The position numbers were made by a program, and so were the translations under genes. Below the pieces are notes generated by a model, which was not told the DNA's origin, ran no database searches, and saw only the letters and a program-made list of their open reading frames with translations. A DNA stretch of 64,000 bases from Alphaproteobacteria bacterium. GTDB lineage: Bacteria > Pseudomonadota > Alphaproteobacteria > SHVV01. Where the stretch lies: assembly GCA_965261735.1 (NCBI GenBank), contig OZ253470.1, forward strand, positions 1,344,001-1,408,000, given 5' to 3'. Shown in pieces: positions 24,058 through 39,674 of this stretch (within the stretch, counting starts at the first letter, position 1; each line of letters opens with the position of its first letter).

Positions 24058-24126
24058 GGCGGGAGGGACTCTGACGACCCCGCCGGAAAGCCGCGGATAC
24101 CTAGCACAGAGCCATCGGCCATGCAA
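24058..24126 (-). promoter_or_regulatory. Probable atp operon promoter and 5' leader hairpin
   Basis: Minus strand TTGCAT (24126-24121), 17-bp spacer, TAGGTA (24103-24098); hairpin GGCGGG...CCCGCC 24058-24084. Confidence 0.5.
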
Positions 24127-24287
24127 CCCGGCGGGGTCGACCGGTGCGGCACCGAGGGCAGCGTAGTGCCTGACCGGAAGGGGTGCCAGGGCGCTGGAGC
24201 CTGAACGCGCTTCGAAATCATAGGTTTTCGCCAAGGCGATACCACGACCTGCTATGAAAGCTCGGATCAAAGGGCATGGATGCGGCC

Positions 24288-24530
24288 ATGAAGCGAAACA
24301 CCATCGTCGTGCGTGCGCAATGGGACCCCGAGGCAGAGGTTTGGGTCGCAACCAGCGACGATCTGCCCGGCCTGGTCACCGAGGCGGACAATCAGCAGGA
24401 GCTCGTAAAGAAGCTCCACGACATGATTCCCGATTTGCTTGAGGGCGAGGAATTTGGCGGCGGGGATCTCGCCGAGATCCCGGTCATGATCATGTCGGAG
24501 CAGCTGGAAAAGGTGCGCCTGCGCGCCTAG
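24288..24530 (+). CDS. DUF1902 (HicB-like) antitoxin
   Basis: VRAQWDPEAEVWVATSDDLPGLVTEA motif; no DNA-binding tail; start at 24276 or 24288. Confidence 0.8.
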   Translation: MKRNTIVVRAQWDPEAEVWVATSDDLPGLVTEADNQQELVKKLHDMIPDLLEGEEFGGGDLAEIPVMIMSEQLEKVRLRA

Positions 24531-24721
24531 AACCTTTTTTCTAGCCCCGCCGACTTGGGTCTCTCGTTTGCGGTATGGCGGGATTCGATCTTCCCGTCCA
24601 CCGTGATCCTTCGGTTGGTGATGGGGCTGTACCAAATCTCATGGTCGCCCTTTCCCTGCCGCACGAACTGACAGCCTTCCTCGGCCAGTTCCTCCCTCAC
24701 CCCCTGTCCATAGTCGGCCAT
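24527..24721 (-). CDS. hicA: HicA-family mRNA interferase toxin
   Basis: GCQFVRQGKGDHEIWYSPIT and SRHTAN...AGL. Confidence 0.8.
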   Translation of the reverse strand: MADYGQGVREELAEEGCQFVRQGKGDHEIWYSPITNRRITVDGKIESRHTANERPKSAGLEKRF

Positions 24722-24820
24722 CGCACTGAACCGCCGCTCACTTCGTATAGACCCATCGAACTTGATCTATACGCCGTTACCACCAAGGAAACAAAGACAT
24801 CACCGAGCGGTGCCAACGCT

Positions 24821-27034
24821 CTACAGAAAGCTGTAGGGGTCGACGTCGACCTGGATGCGCACGCTGGCGGCCGGCTTGACGCGGGCGAGCCAGGCGCGCA
24901 GCACGTCGGGCACGTTGACCTCGCGCGCGGCGCTCAGTAGCAGCCGCTGGCGGTGGCGGCCGCGGATCAGGGACAGAGGCGCCGGGGCCGGCCCGAGCAC
25001 GCGAAGCTGCGCGCCTTGCGGCGATGCTGCCCCGAGCGCGCGCGCCGTCGCCCGGACGCGTTCCTCGTTCGCGCCGGACACGATCAGCGCGGCCAGGCGG
25101 CCGAAGGGCGGCAGGCGCCGGGCACGCCGCTCCTCGGCCTCGCGGGCCAGGAAGCGCTCCGCATCACCCGACAGCAGGGCCTGCATGACCGGGTGCTCGG
25201 GCATGTAGGTCTGCAGGAGGACGCGGCCCGGGTGTGCGGCGCGGCCGGCCCGCCCCGACACCTGCACCAGAAGCTGATAGGTGCGCTCGGACGCGCGCAG
25301 GTCGCCACCCGACAGGCCGAGATCGGCATCGACCACGCCGACCAGGGTGAGGTGCGGAAAGTGGTGCCCCTTGGCCATGATCTGGGTGCCGATGAGGATG
25401 TCGATCTCGCGGTCCGTGACCTGGCGCACGACCGCCGCAGCGGCCTTGGGGCTGGCCAGCGTGTCGCTCGCCATGATCGTAAGCCGCGCCTCGGGCAGGA
25501 GCGCGCCAACCTCCTCGGCGAGCCGCTCCACCCCGGGTCCGCAGGCGGCGAGGCGCCCTTCGGCGCCACATTCGGGGCACAGCTTCGGCGGCGCGGCGGT
25601 ATGCCCGCAGTGATGGCAGACCAGGCGGCCGGCAAACCGGTGCTCGACCAGCCAGGCCGAGCAGTTGGGGCACTCGAGGCGGTGGCCGCAGGCGCGGCAC
25701 AGCGTAAGCGGCGCGTAGCCGCGGCGGTTGAGGAAGAGCATGGCCTGCTCGCCGGCGGCGACGGTTTCGCCCAAGGCCTCGACCAGGGCCGGTGCCAGCC
25801 AGCGTCCTGCCGGTGGCGCATCGCGGCGCAGGTCCAGGGCTGCAATGTGCGGCAGCTCGGCGCCGCCGTGACGGTCCGGAAGATGAAGCCGTCCGTAGCG
25901 CTCGCTCTCCGCATTGACGAGGGTTTCGAGCGACGGCGTCGCCGATACCAGGACGATGGGGAACCCGCCGAGATAGGCGCGCACGATCGCCATGTCTCGG
26001 GCGTTGTAGATGACGCCATCCTCCTGCTTGAAGGCGCCGTCGTGCTCCTCGTCGACGACGATCAAGCCGAGCCTGGGGAGCGGCAGGAACAGCGCCGAGC
26101 GGGCCCCGACCACGACCTTCGCGCGACCCTGCGCCACGGCGCGCCAGGTCGCGCGGCGCTCGCTCGCCCTCAGGTCCGAGTGCCACTCGAAGGGCGCGGT
26201 GCCGAAGCGCGCCTCGAAGCGGGCCAGCCATTGTGCGCTGAGGGCGATCTCGGGTAACAGGACCAGCACCTGGCGGCCGGCCTCGAGGGCCGCCGCGGCG
26301 GCCTCGAAATAGACCTCGGTCTTGCCGGCGCCGGTCACGCCGTCAAGCAGGGTGACGCTGTACGAATCGGCGGCGACCCGGCACAGGAGATTGGCGGCCG
26401 CCGCGGCCTGCGCCGGCGACAAAACCGGCGCGACGCCGCGGCCCTCGCTCGTTCTCGCGCCGGCGCCCTCTGGCAGCGTCAGGCGCTGCAGCGCACCGGA
26501 ATCGGCGAGCCCGCGTACGACGGCCGTGCTCACACCCGCCGCGGCGGCGAGTTCGACCGCCGCGCGCGGCGCGCTCGCGGCGGCGAGCCCGAGTACGCGC
26601 CGGCGCGCCGGCGTCATTCGCTTGGGCTCGGTCGCGCCCAGCCCGTAGGCGATACGCGGTGTTGGCGGCTGCAGCGCTTGGGGTACGCTCAACACCATGC
26701 GCAGCACGGTGCCCGGCGGCGACACGGTGTAGCGCGCCACCCAGTCGACGAATTCGAGAAGCGCCGGCTCGAGTGGCGGCACGTCGAGCCGGGCCACGAT
26801 CTCGCGTAGCCGCGCCTCGTCCGGTGCCCCGGCTCCTGCCGCGCCGGCCGCGCCTGCGTCCCACACCACGCCGTTGACTTCGCGGACGCCAAGTGGCACG
26901 CGCACCACATGGCCTCGCTCGAGTTCGAGTCCGTCCGGCACCCGGTAGTCGAACGCGCCCGCCACCGGCAGCGGCAACAGGACCCGGACCCGCCTTGCGG
27001 CGGTTGTTGAAGAAATGGTAGGGGAAGCGCCCAT
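24821..27034 (-). CDS. priA: Primosomal protein N' helicase
   Basis: [26 protein letters not shown], four CxxC, DVDPYSFL. Confidence 0.96.
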   Translation of the reverse strand: MGASPTISSTTAARRVRVLLPLPVAGAFDYRVPDGLELERGHVVRVPLGVREVNGVVWDAGAAGAAGAGAPDEARLREIVARLDVPPLEPALLEFVDWVARYTVSPPGTVLRMVLSVPQALQPPTPRIAYGLGATEPKRMTPARRRVLGLAAASAPRAAVELAAAAGVSTAVVRGLADSGALQRLTLPEGAGARTSEGRGVAPVLSPAQAAAAANLLCRVAADSYSVTLLDGVTGAGKTEVYFEAAAAALEAGRQVLVLLPEIALSAQWLARFEARFGTAPFEWHSDLRASERRATWRAVAQGRAKVVVGARSALFLPLPRLGLIVVDEEHDGAFKQEDGVIYNARDMAIVRAYLGGFPIVLVSATPSLETLVNAESERYGRLHLPDRHGGAELPHIAALDLRRDAPPAGRWLAPALVEALGETVAAGEQAMLFLNRRGYAPLTLCRACGHRLECPNCSAWLVEHRFAGRLVCHHCGHTAAPPKLCPECGAEGRLAACGPGVERLAEEVGALLPEARLTIMASDTLASPKAAAAVVRQVTDREIDILIGTQIMAKGHHFPHLTLVGVVDADLGLSGGDLRASERTYQLLVQVSGRAGRAAHPGRVLLQTYMPEHPVMQALLSGDAERFLAREAEERRARRLPPFGRLAALIVSGANEERVRATARALGAASPQGAQLRVLGPAPAPLSLIRGRHRQRLLLSAAREVNVPDVLRAWLARVKPAASVRIQVDVDPYSFL

Positions 27035-27107
27035 ACGCTACACTGTGCCAACCGGCGGGGCGCCGGACAAGGCGGCGCAAGCGAAGGTGCCGGAGAGGCC
27101 GAGTCTG

Positions 27108-27770
27108 ATGAAGTTCTTCGTCGACACCGCGGACATCGATGAGATTCGTGATCTCGCGGCGACCGGCCTCCTCGACGGCGTCACCACCAACCCCTCGCTC
27201 GTCGCCAAGACCGGGCGCGACTTCTTTACCATTCTCGGCGATATCTGCGAGGTCGTGGACGGCCCGGTGAGCGCCGAGGTCACGGCGACCGACTCCGACG
27301 CCATGGTCTCCGAGGGCCGCCGTCTCGCCGACCTCGCCGACAACGTCGCCGTCAAGGTGCCGCTCACCTGGGACGGCCTCAAGGCGTGTCGCGCGCTCGC
27401 TCAGGCCGGAATCGCCGTGAACGTTACGCTGTGCTTCTCGCCCACCCAGGCGATCCTGGTCGCCAAGGCCGGAGCCCGCTTCGTCTCGCCCTTCGTCGGC
27501 CGGCTCGACGACATCAGCCACAACGGCATGGAGCTGGTCGCCGACATCCGCGCCATCTACGACAACTATGACGACTTCACGACCGAGATCCTCGTCGCCT
27601 CGGTGCGCCATCCCGGCCACGTCATCGAGGCCGCCCGGATCGGCGCCGACATCTGCACCGTCCCGCCCGCGGTCCTGAGGCGCCTCGCCCAGCACCCGCT
27701 CACCGACCGCGGCCTCGAGGCCTTCCTCGACGACTGGCACAAGACGGGCCAGTCGATCCTCAACTCGTGA
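27108..27770 (+). CDS. fsa: Fructose-6-phosphate aldolase / TalC-type transaldolase
   Basis: [32 protein letters not shown]. Confidence 0.9.
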   Translation: MKFFVDTADIDEIRDLAATGLLDGVTTNPSLVAKTGRDFFTILGDICEVVDGPVSAEVTATDSDAMVSEGRRLADLADNVAVKVPLTWDGLKACRALAQAGIAVNVTLCFSPTQAILVAKAGARFVSPFVGRLDDISHNGMELVADIRAIYDNYDDFTTEILVASVRHPGHVIEAARIGADICTVPPAVLRRLAQHPLTDRGLEAFLDDWHKTGQSILNS

Positions 27771-27780
27771 CGGAGCCCGC

Positions 27781-28503
27781 GTGACGACGAATCCCAAGAA
27801 GGCCGGCATCGAGCGCGAGCCGCGGCTGACCGCCGGCCGGGTCAAGGCCTATCTCGAGGCGCACCCCGATTTCCTCAACGCCCACCCCGACCTGCTCGCC
27901 GCGCTCACGCCGCCGGCCCATCGCCGCGGCGAAACGGTCGTCGACATGCAGCGCTTCATGCTCGACCGGCTGCAGCGCGAGGTCGCGAAACTGGGCCAGG
28001 CGCGGGACGAGCTCGTCGCCGCCGGCCGCGGCAACCTGTCGAGCCAGAGCCAGATTCACGTCGCGATGCTGGCCCTGCTGGAGGCGCGTACCTTCGAGCA
28101 ATTCATCGAAACCGTCACCGCCGAGCTCGCGAGCCGGCTCGACGTCGACGCCGTGAGCCTTTGCATCGAGCGCGCCGCCGAGGGTGACACCGCGGGCGGC
28201 ATCACCTGTGGGGTCCGGGTCGTCGAGCGCGGCACGGTCAACGGCTGGCTCGGCGAGGGCCGTGATGTCGTGCTGCGTTCCGGCATCGACGGCGACCCGG
28301 CGATCTATGGCGAAGCCGCGCCGCTGGTGCGGGCGGAGGCGCTGCTGCGCCTCAAGATCGGCGCCCATGCGCCGCTCGGCATGCTGGCGATCGGCTCACG
28401 CGACAAGGTCCGCTTTCATCCCGGCCAGGGCACCGAGCTCCTGAGCTTCATGGGCGGCGCCATGGGCCAAATGATCGGCGGATGGCTGTACCTGCCGGCC
28501 TGA
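27781..28503 (+). CDS. DUF484 family protein
   Basis: VKAYLEAHPDFL, VVDMQRF, FHPGQGTELL; usual xerC neighbour. Confidence 0.88.
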   Translation: MTTNPKKAGIEREPRLTAGRVKAYLEAHPDFLNAHPDLLAALTPPAHRRGETVVDMQRFMLDRLQREVAKLGQARDELVAAGRGNLSSQSQIHVAMLALLEARTFEQFIETVTAELASRLDVDAVSLCIERAAEGDTAGGITCGVRVVERGTVNGWLGEGRDVVLRSGIDGDPAIYGEAAPLVRAEALLRLKIGAHAPLGMLAIGSRDKVRFHPGQGTELLSFMGGAMGQMIGGWLYLPA

Positions 28504-29414
28504 GCGACTTTCCGGCCGATGCGGCGGTGCGGGCGGCCGCCGAGGATTGGTGCCGCTGGTTGGCGGCGGAGCGACGCGCCTCACCGCATACACTGGGGGC
28601 CTACGGCCGCGATCTCGCGGCCTTCTTCACCTTTCTCGCCGAGCACATCGGCGGGCCGCCGGGCTGGTCCGATCTCGCCGAGCTGCGTGGCGGCGACTTG
28701 CGCAGCTACCTGGCGCGCCGCCGCCGCGATGGCTATGCGGCGGCCTCGACGGCGCGCGCCCTGTCGTCGTTGCGCGGCTTCTTCCGCCACCTCGCGCGCG
28801 CGGGATTCCTCGACAACCCGGTTTTGGCCACCGTGCGCGCCCCGAAGATCCCGCACAGCGTGCCCAAGCCGTTGGCCGCTGCGGCGGCGCGGCGCATCGT
28901 GGAGGCGAGCGATGCATCGTGGCTCGCCTTGCGCGATGCCGCGCTTTTTACCCTGCTCTACGGCGCCGGGCTGCGCATCTCCGAGGCGCTCGGGCTTAGC
29001 TGCGCCCAGGCGCCGGCGGGCGAGAGCATGGTGATCGTTGGCAAGGGCGGCAAGGAGCGGCTGGTGCCGCTGCTACCGATCATCCGCAGCGCGACGGCCG
29101 CCTATCTCGATGCCTGCCCCTTTGAGCTCGGCCCGGGCGATCCGCTCTTCGTGGGCGCGCGCGGCCGGCGGCTGCAGGCGGGCGTCGTCCAGGCCCAGAT
29201 GCGCCGCCTAAGGGGGCACCTCGGCTTGCCGGCGACGGCAACGCCGCACGCGCTACGCCACAGCTTTGCCACCCACCTGCTGGAGGGGGGCGCCGATCTG
29301 CGCACCATCCAGGAGTTGCTCGGCCACGCCTCGCTGTCGGCGACCCAGCGCTATACCGCCGTCGACGCCGCGCACATGCTCAAAGTCTACGACAGGGCAC
29401 ACCCGCGCGCCTAG
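28482..29414 (+). CDS. xerC: Chromosomal tyrosine recombinase XerC
   Basis: YGAGLRISE, GKGGKER, TPHALRHSFATHLL, LGHASLSATQRY; DUF484-xerC synteny. Confidence 0.92.
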   Translation: MAVPAGLSDFPADAAVRAAAEDWCRWLAAERRASPHTLGAYGRDLAAFFTFLAEHIGGPPGWSDLAELRGGDLRSYLARRRRDGYAAASTARALSSLRGFFRHLARAGFLDNPVLATVRAPKIPHSVPKPLAAAAARRIVEASDASWLALRDAALFTLLYGAGLRISEALGLSCAQAPAGESMVIVGKGGKERLVPLLPIIRSATAAYLDACPFELGPGDPLFVGARGRRLQAGVVQAQMRRLRGHLGLPATATPHALRHSFATHLLEGGADLRTIQELLGHASLSATQRYTAVDAAHMLKVYDRAHPRA

Positions 29415-30625
29415 TCCTCGGCTTCAACCCGCGCCGGGCGACCGAAGATCGCCAGCGCCACGGGTCCGAGCAGCGCGCCCACGCCCATGGTTGCGAAGGC
29501 CAGGCCCCAGGCGAGGCCGGGCCAGGCGGCCGCGAGGTCGAGGACGACGCCGACCGAGAGCGAGCCCAGGAAGCCGGCGCCGACACCGAGGGTGGAGTGC
29601 ACGGCCATGGTTGCGCCGCGCGCGCCCGGCGGTGCAGCGGCCACCGCGCCGGCGGTGATGGAGGCCGAATCACCGGTCGTGGTAATGCCGTAGAGCAGGC
29701 ACAGGAGCGCCACGGCCACGAACGGCAGCGCCGCATTGAACCCGATCGCGACGGCCAGCGCCGCCGAAGCCAGCATGATGAGGGTGATGACGCGGCGCCG
29801 GCCGAAGCGCACCGCGAGCTCGTTGCCGAGCACGCTCGAGGGCAGGCCGAGGAGGTTGGCGATGGCCACGATCCAGGTCGGGTTCCAGCTTGGCCCGGCG
29901 CCTCCCTGCAGGCTCTGGCTGTACACCAGGAAGGTGACGAGCCAGCTGCGCAGCGCGAACAGCTCCCACACGTGGGCGGCGTAGGCCAGGATAAAGCCCA
30001 TCGCCGGCCGCGCCCTTAAGACCGGGCGAAAGTCGAGCAGGCGCGGCGCCCCGACCCCGGGCGCAACCGGCTCCGCGGGCGGCAGCCCGCGGGCGATGAT
30101 GACGAAGGCGGCAAGCGAGCCGAGCGCGGCCGCCCCGAACGCGTAGCGCCAGTCGAGCCACACCGCGATCTCGCCGGCGAGGAAAAACGACAGGCTGACG
30201 CCGACGCCGAAGGTCGCTGTATAGAACGCCACCGCGCGCGCTTGTGCCGGGCCCTCGATGCGATCGCTGAGCGCCTTGAGCCCGGGCATATAGGTGCCGG
30301 CGAGGCCGATGCCGGCGAGGCAGCGCAGGGACAGCGCCGACCAGAGGCCGTCGGCGAACAGGGCGAAGGAGAGCGCGGCGATGCCGCCGAGCGCCGTGCC
30401 GGCGAGATAGATGCGGCGCGGATCGACACGATCGGTGAGGGCCCCGAGCAGCGGGACGCTGACCATGTAGCCGGCGTCGTAGATGCCGGCGATCCAGCCC
30501 GCTTGCGTGTTGGTGAGCCGCCACGCCTCGATGAATCCCGGCAGCAGCGCGGGCAGAGTCGCGAATCCCGCCATCCCCAGGACTTCGGCGACGCAGAGCG
30601 TGAGAACCAGGCGGCCGTGCGACAT
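29411..30625 (-). CDS. MFS transporter
   Basis: About 12 TM helices; LTDRVDPRR, GTYMPGLKAL, HVWELFALRSW. Confidence 0.88.
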   Translation of the reverse strand: MSHGRLVLTLCVAEVLGMAGFATLPALLPGFIEAWRLTNTQAGWIAGIYDAGYMVSVPLLGALTDRVDPRRIYLAGTALGGIAALSFALFADGLWSALSLRCLAGIGLAGTYMPGLKALSDRIEGPAQARAVAFYTATFGVGVSLSFFLAGEIAVWLDWRYAFGAAALGSLAAFVIIARGLPPAEPVAPGVGAPRLLDFRPVLRARPAMGFILAYAAHVWELFALRSWLVTFLVYSQSLQGGAGPSWNPTWIVAIANLLGLPSSVLGNELAVRFGRRRVITLIMLASAALAVAIGFNAALPFVAVALLCLLYGITTTGDSASITAGAVAAAPPGARGATMAVHSTLGVGAGFLGSLSVGVVLDLAAAWPGLAWGLAFATMGVGALLGPVALAIFGRPARVEAED

Positions 30626-30750
30626 AGCGGGGCCGGATTATGGCGGCCGAGGCGCGCGGTAGCGAGGCGAAAGCGCGACGCCAACGTGATAGATCGGCAG
30701 TGATATAGTCGTTTCGCGGATCGGCGCTAGCTGGCAGGGGGGGAACGGGG

Positions 30751-33700
30751 TTGCCGGAGGTTTCGCTGGGCAGCAGCGAGTACGCGACGCGCGCTCGAAG
30801 GACAGCGCCGCCAAGTCACCGTTCTGTTCACCGACATGACCGGGTTCACCAGAGCATCCGAGAAGCTGGGGGCGGAGCGCACCTATGCCCTGATCCAGCG
30901 CCTCTCTCAATTGATGGCCGATGCGGTTCATGAGCACAAGGGCACGATCGGCAACTTCACCGGCGATGGCATCATGGCGCTGTTCGGCGCACCGGCGGCG
31001 GTCGAGGATGCGCCGCTCCGGGCCTGCCGAGCCGCACTCGACATCCAGTCGCGGATGAGGGACAGGGAGGACGCCTTGGTGGCGGAGTTCGGCCTGTGCC
31101 CGAGCTTGCGCATCGGCATCCACACTGGGCAAGCGGTGGTGGGCGAGGTGGGAGCCGACTTGCCGACGGACGTCACGGCGCTCGGCGATACGGTCAACCT
31201 GGCCTCGCGCATCGAGTCGGCGGCCGAATCCGGCGGCATTCTGATGAGCGAGGCCACATATACGCTGGTCGAGGGATATGTGGAGGCGCGCTTCGCCGGG
31301 GCGCGCGAGGTCAAGGGCAAGGAAGCGCCGCAGCGCACCTATCGCCTCGACGGCCTCAAGTCCGGGATCGGGCGCTTCGACGTCGCGGTGCGCCGCGGCC
31401 TCACGCGGCTGGTGGGCCGCCAGCACGAGCTGGAGACCTTGGAGCGCTGCTGGGAGGAGGTGCGCGGCGGCGCCCTTCGGATCGCCAACGTGGTGGGTGA
31501 GGCGGGCATCGGCAAGTCCCGCCTGGCCTATGAGTTTCAGAAGTCGCTGGCTGACGAGCGCGCCTTCCTGCTGCCAGGCCATTGCACCGCCGATGGCCGC
31601 AACGCGCCGTTCCTTCCGTTCATCGAAGTGGTGCGGACCTCGTTCCGCCTGGGCGAGGGGATGGCGGCGAAAGAGGTCGAGCGCAAGCTGCGCCGGGGGC
31701 TCGACGTTCTCGGGCTCGACGCCGAGGCGGCCCTGCCCTATCTGCTGCATCTGCTGGGCCAGCCGGTCAACGGGGCCCTCGACGGCGTCGCCGCGGAAGT
31801 CGTGGGCATCCGCACCCGCGACACCATCCTGGGCCTGCTGCGCGAACGCTGCCGCATGTCGCCGACGCTGATGTGCGTCGAGGACCTGCACTGGATCGAC
31901 AGCGCCTCGGAGGAGGTGTTGGTCCGCGCCATGGAGGACCGCGACAAGCTGCCGCTGATGATCCTGTGCACCTACCGCCCGCAATACCGGCCGCCGGCGA
32001 AGGGACCGGAAGCGGCGAAGGTGATCGAGCTCAGGCCGCTCTCGGGCAAGGGCACCATCGATCTCCTGAAGAGCCGCCTCGATACCGACGACCTGCCGGC
32101 CGAGCTCACCCGGCTGGTTCTCGCCAAGGCCGAGGGTAACCCGCTATTCGCCGAGGAGATCGCCAACTACCTGCTGGACAAGGGCAGCCTGCGGCGGGGC
32201 GAGGGAGGGATATCGTACGACACCCCCGATGTGAGCTCGGCCGTTTCGGTGACGCTGGAGAACCTCCTGATGGACCGCTTCGACCGGCTCGACGAAGGGC
32301 CGCGCGCGGCCTTGGAGATCGCCGCGGTGGTCGGCCAGCGCTTCTCGCCCGATCTGGTGCGGAGCGTCCTCGGCGTCGACGGCGCGCTCGCCGAACACCT
32401 GCGCGCCCTGGAGCGCCAGGAGTTGATCTTTCGCGATCCCGGCCGCGGCGACTACCGCTTCAAGCACGCGCTGGTCCATGACGCCGTGTACAATAGCCTA
32501 CTGACCGGGCGCCGCGAATCCCTGCACGAAAGGGTGGCCGTGGCCATCGAGACGGAAGCCACCGACGGCGCCGGCGAGCACGCCGACGCGCTGGCCCACC
32601 ACTACAGCAACACCCCGCGTGCCGAGAAAGCCGTGCGCTACATGGCGCTGGCCGGCGAACGCAGCCTGCGCGTTTATGCACTGGAGGAGGCGGAGCTACG
32701 CTTCCGCCAGGTCCTCGACCTCATCGAGACGGTCCCCGGCTGCGCCGACGAGGGGTCCTCGTCGACGTCCTCCTGAACGTCGCCCGCGTCTACTATTTCC
32801 GCGCCGATTTCAAGAGCATCATCGCCCTCGTGGAACGATATCTCCCTCGCGTTGAGGCGTTGGGCGACAAGAAACGCCTATCGCGTTTTTTGTTTGAAAC
32901 CGGCTACGCCCACGTCTTCGCCGCACGCGATGAAGAGGGCAAAGTGCTGCTGGAGCGCGCCCTGGCTTTGGGCGAGGAAATAGAGGACGAGGAAGCCATC
33001 GCCTACGCCAACTTCGGCTTGATGTGGATCCAGTCTTGCTGGGGTCAACCGGGGAGCGACCGGCTTCAGACCCTGGAACGAATAGGTCAGCGGGTGTTCG
33101 AGGTCGGCACGAAACTCGGTGACGTCTGGCTTACCGCGAAGGCAATTCATTGTCTGGCCGTCGACAGTCTGGCCTGGGGCCGGCCCCGCGAGAGCCGACA
33201 ATACTGCCTTCAATTGATCGAGCTGAGTCGAGAGACGGGCGACCCTCGACCGCGGACCCTCGGAATGTGGGCATTGGGATACCTCAATGCCATCACGGGC
33301 GAGTACGAGGAAGGAGTCGAGTGCGCGGATGAAAGCCTGCGAAGTGCCCTGAGTAGTTTGGATCGCTGGTGCGCGCAGAATCCCAAAGGGTTTGCGCTCG
33401 CCATGCTCGGACGGACCGAAGAGGGACTGAACGTATTGGGCGAGGCACGACGTCAATGGGAGACCGGCGGGCTCCGCATGACCGCCGCAGCGAACGAAAT
33501 GCTCTACGGTGCGGCCTTGGTTCTCGCTGGCGATATGGCGGGCGGCGTCCGGATTATCGAAGAGGCCGAAGGCCGCGTGCCCGGGTGGGGGCGACAACCG
33601 TTTACCCGCGCCTTCGGTCACTTCTTTCTCGGCCAAATCTATCTCAGCATGGCGCTAGGCGAAAAGACGCCGCCGCTTTCGGTGCTGCTGCGCAACATCG

Positions 33701-33957
33701 GGTTTCTGGTACGGACGATGCCCTTTGTCGCGGCCAAGGCGCGCCGCCACCTCGAAGCGTCCGTTGCCGAATGTCGAACATTGAACGCGCCCTATTTCAT
33801 CGCCGCAAACCTCTGCAACCTCGGTCTCCTGCACAAGGCGAAGAGGCGGCCGGCGGAAGCGCGCATCTGCCTAGAAGAAGCGCGCGAGATTGCGCTGCCG
33901 CTGGAAGTCACGGTTCTGATCGACCAGATCGACGCCGCCCTCGCCGAGCTTCCCTAA
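30751..33957 (+). pseudogene. Class III nucleotidyl cyclase - STAND/AAA ATPase - TPR protein, frameshifted near 30790 and 32752-32756
   Basis: EGQRRQVTVLFTDMTGFT, FTGDGIMALFG, GDTVNLASRIE, Walker A GEAGIGKS, Walker B VEDLHWID, GNPLFAEE, YRFKHALV. Adding one G to the GGGG run at 32752-32755 joins the TPR-like ORF 32830-33957. Confidence 0.8.
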
Positions 33958-33959
33958 AC

Positions 33960-35369
<1,410 letters not shown>

Positions 35370-35399
35370 AGCATCCTTTTCCGGGGCCCTGTCATGCGC

Positions 35400-36620
35400 T
35401 CACAGCCCCAGGAGCAGGCGGCCCGGGTCCTCGATGCACTCCTTGACGCGGACGAGGAAGCGCACCGCCTCGCCGCCGTCGATAACGCGGTGGTCGTAGC
35501 TCAGCGCGACATACATCATCGGCCGGGCCTCGATCGCGTCGCCGATCACGACGGGGCGCTTCTCGATCTTGTGCATGCCGAGGATGCCGGACTGCGGCGG
35601 GTTGAGGATCGGCGAGGACAGCAGCGAGCCGAAGACGCCGCCGTTGGAGATCGTGAAGGTGCCGCCGGTGAGGTCGTCGAGCGCGAGCTTGCCGTCGCGG
35701 GCGCGGCGCCCGAGCTCGGCGATCCTCTTTTCCAGCTCGGCGAAGCTCAGCGCGTCCGCATCGCGCACGACCGGGACCACCAGGCCCTGCGGCGTGCCGA
35801 CGGCGACGCCGATGTCGTAGTAGTTTTTGTAGACGATATCGTCGCCGTCGATCTCGGCGTTGACGCCCGGAATCTCCTGGAGCGCCGCGATGCAGCCCTT
35901 GACGAAGAACGACATGAAGCCGAGCCGCACGCCATGCTTCTTCTCGAAGGCATCGCGGTGCTCAGCGCGCAGGGCCATGGTCTGCGTCATGTCGATTTCG
36001 TTGTAGGTAGTGAGCATGGCCGCCGTGTTCTGCGCCTCCTTCAGGCGCTCGGCGATGCGCTGGCGGAGCCGCGTCATGCGCACCCGCTCCTCGCGCTCGG
36101 CGCGCGGGCGTGGGCCGGCGGGCGTCGCGGGCGGTGGTTGCGCGGCGGCCGCGGCGGGGGCCGGCGCGGCGGCGCGGCCACCCTCGATCACCGACAGCAC
36201 GTCGCCCTTGGTCAGGCGGCCGCCCTTGCCACTGCCCGAGGTCGCCGCCGGATCGAGGTGATGCTCGGCGACGAGCTTGCGGACGGACGGCGACAGGACG
36301 ACTTCGGGTGCCGGCGCGGGCTCGGGTGGCGCGGGCTTCTCGGCCTGGGCCGGGGGCGCAGGCTTGGACGCCGGCGCGCCCTCGCCCTCGGCGATGCGCC
36401 CGAGTACGGCGCCGATGGCGACGGTCGCGCCGGCATCGGCGACGATCTCGGTCAACAAACCCGGTACCGGGGCCGGCACCTCCATCGCCACCTTGTCGGT
36501 CTCGAGCTCGACCAGCACCTCGTCCCGGGCCACAGCCTCACCGACCGTCTTGAACCACTTGGCTATCGTCGCCTCGGTGACTGACTCGCCGAGCGTCGGA
36601 ACCACGATATCGGTGCTCAT
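35400..36620 (-). CDS. sucB: 2-oxoglutarate dehydrogenase E2
   Basis: Lipoyl motif [15 protein letters not shown]. Confidence 0.97.
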   Translation of the reverse strand: MSTDIVVPTLGESVTEATIAKWFKTVGEAVARDEVLVELETDKVAMEVPAPVPGLLTEIVADAGATVAIGAVLGRIAEGEGAPASKPAPPAQAEKPAPPEPAPAPEVVLSPSVRKLVAEHHLDPAATSGSGKGGRLTKGDVLSVIEGGRAAAPAPAAAAAQPPPATPAGPRPRAEREERVRMTRLRQRIAERLKEAQNTAAMLTTYNEIDMTQTMALRAEHRDAFEKKHGVRLGFMSFFVKGCIAALQEIPGVNAEIDGDDIVYKNYYDIGVAVGTPQGLVVPVVRDADALSFAELEKRIAELGRRARDGKLALDDLTGGTFTISNGGVFGSLLSSPILNPPQSGILGMHKIEKRPVVIGDAIEARPMMYVALSYDHRVIDGGEAVRFLVRVKECIEDPGRLLLGL

Positions 36621-36639
36621 CGGATGTCTCCCTCGGCAC

Positions 36640-39504
<2,865 letters not shown>

Positions 39505-39674
39505 CAGGCCACAGGCGCACGCCGGGCGCGCACCGCCTCTTGTTGCCGTTCCGCCAGGTTCATGTGCGTGGAGCTAGGGGCCGAAACCACGGCCGATCCT
39601 CCGTCATTCACCATTAACAATTCGTTGCATCGGGGCCGATTTCAACCGGCGCGCCGACCTACGCGGCTCGGGCG

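Noticed and set aside
28482-29414. Tyrosine recombinase as a prophage or island integrase
   Set aside because: Sequence and DUF484/priA/lpdA context fit chromosomal XerC; no att repeats seen
29411-29414. Convergent genes sharing a CTAG double stop (xerC/MFS)
   Set aside because: A common compact overlap with no further signal
39614-39628. CtrA-like TTAA-N7-TTGC upstream of sucA, and sigma32-like motifs before fsa, htpG and ccmD
   Set aside because: Matches are too degenerate to support without a PWM
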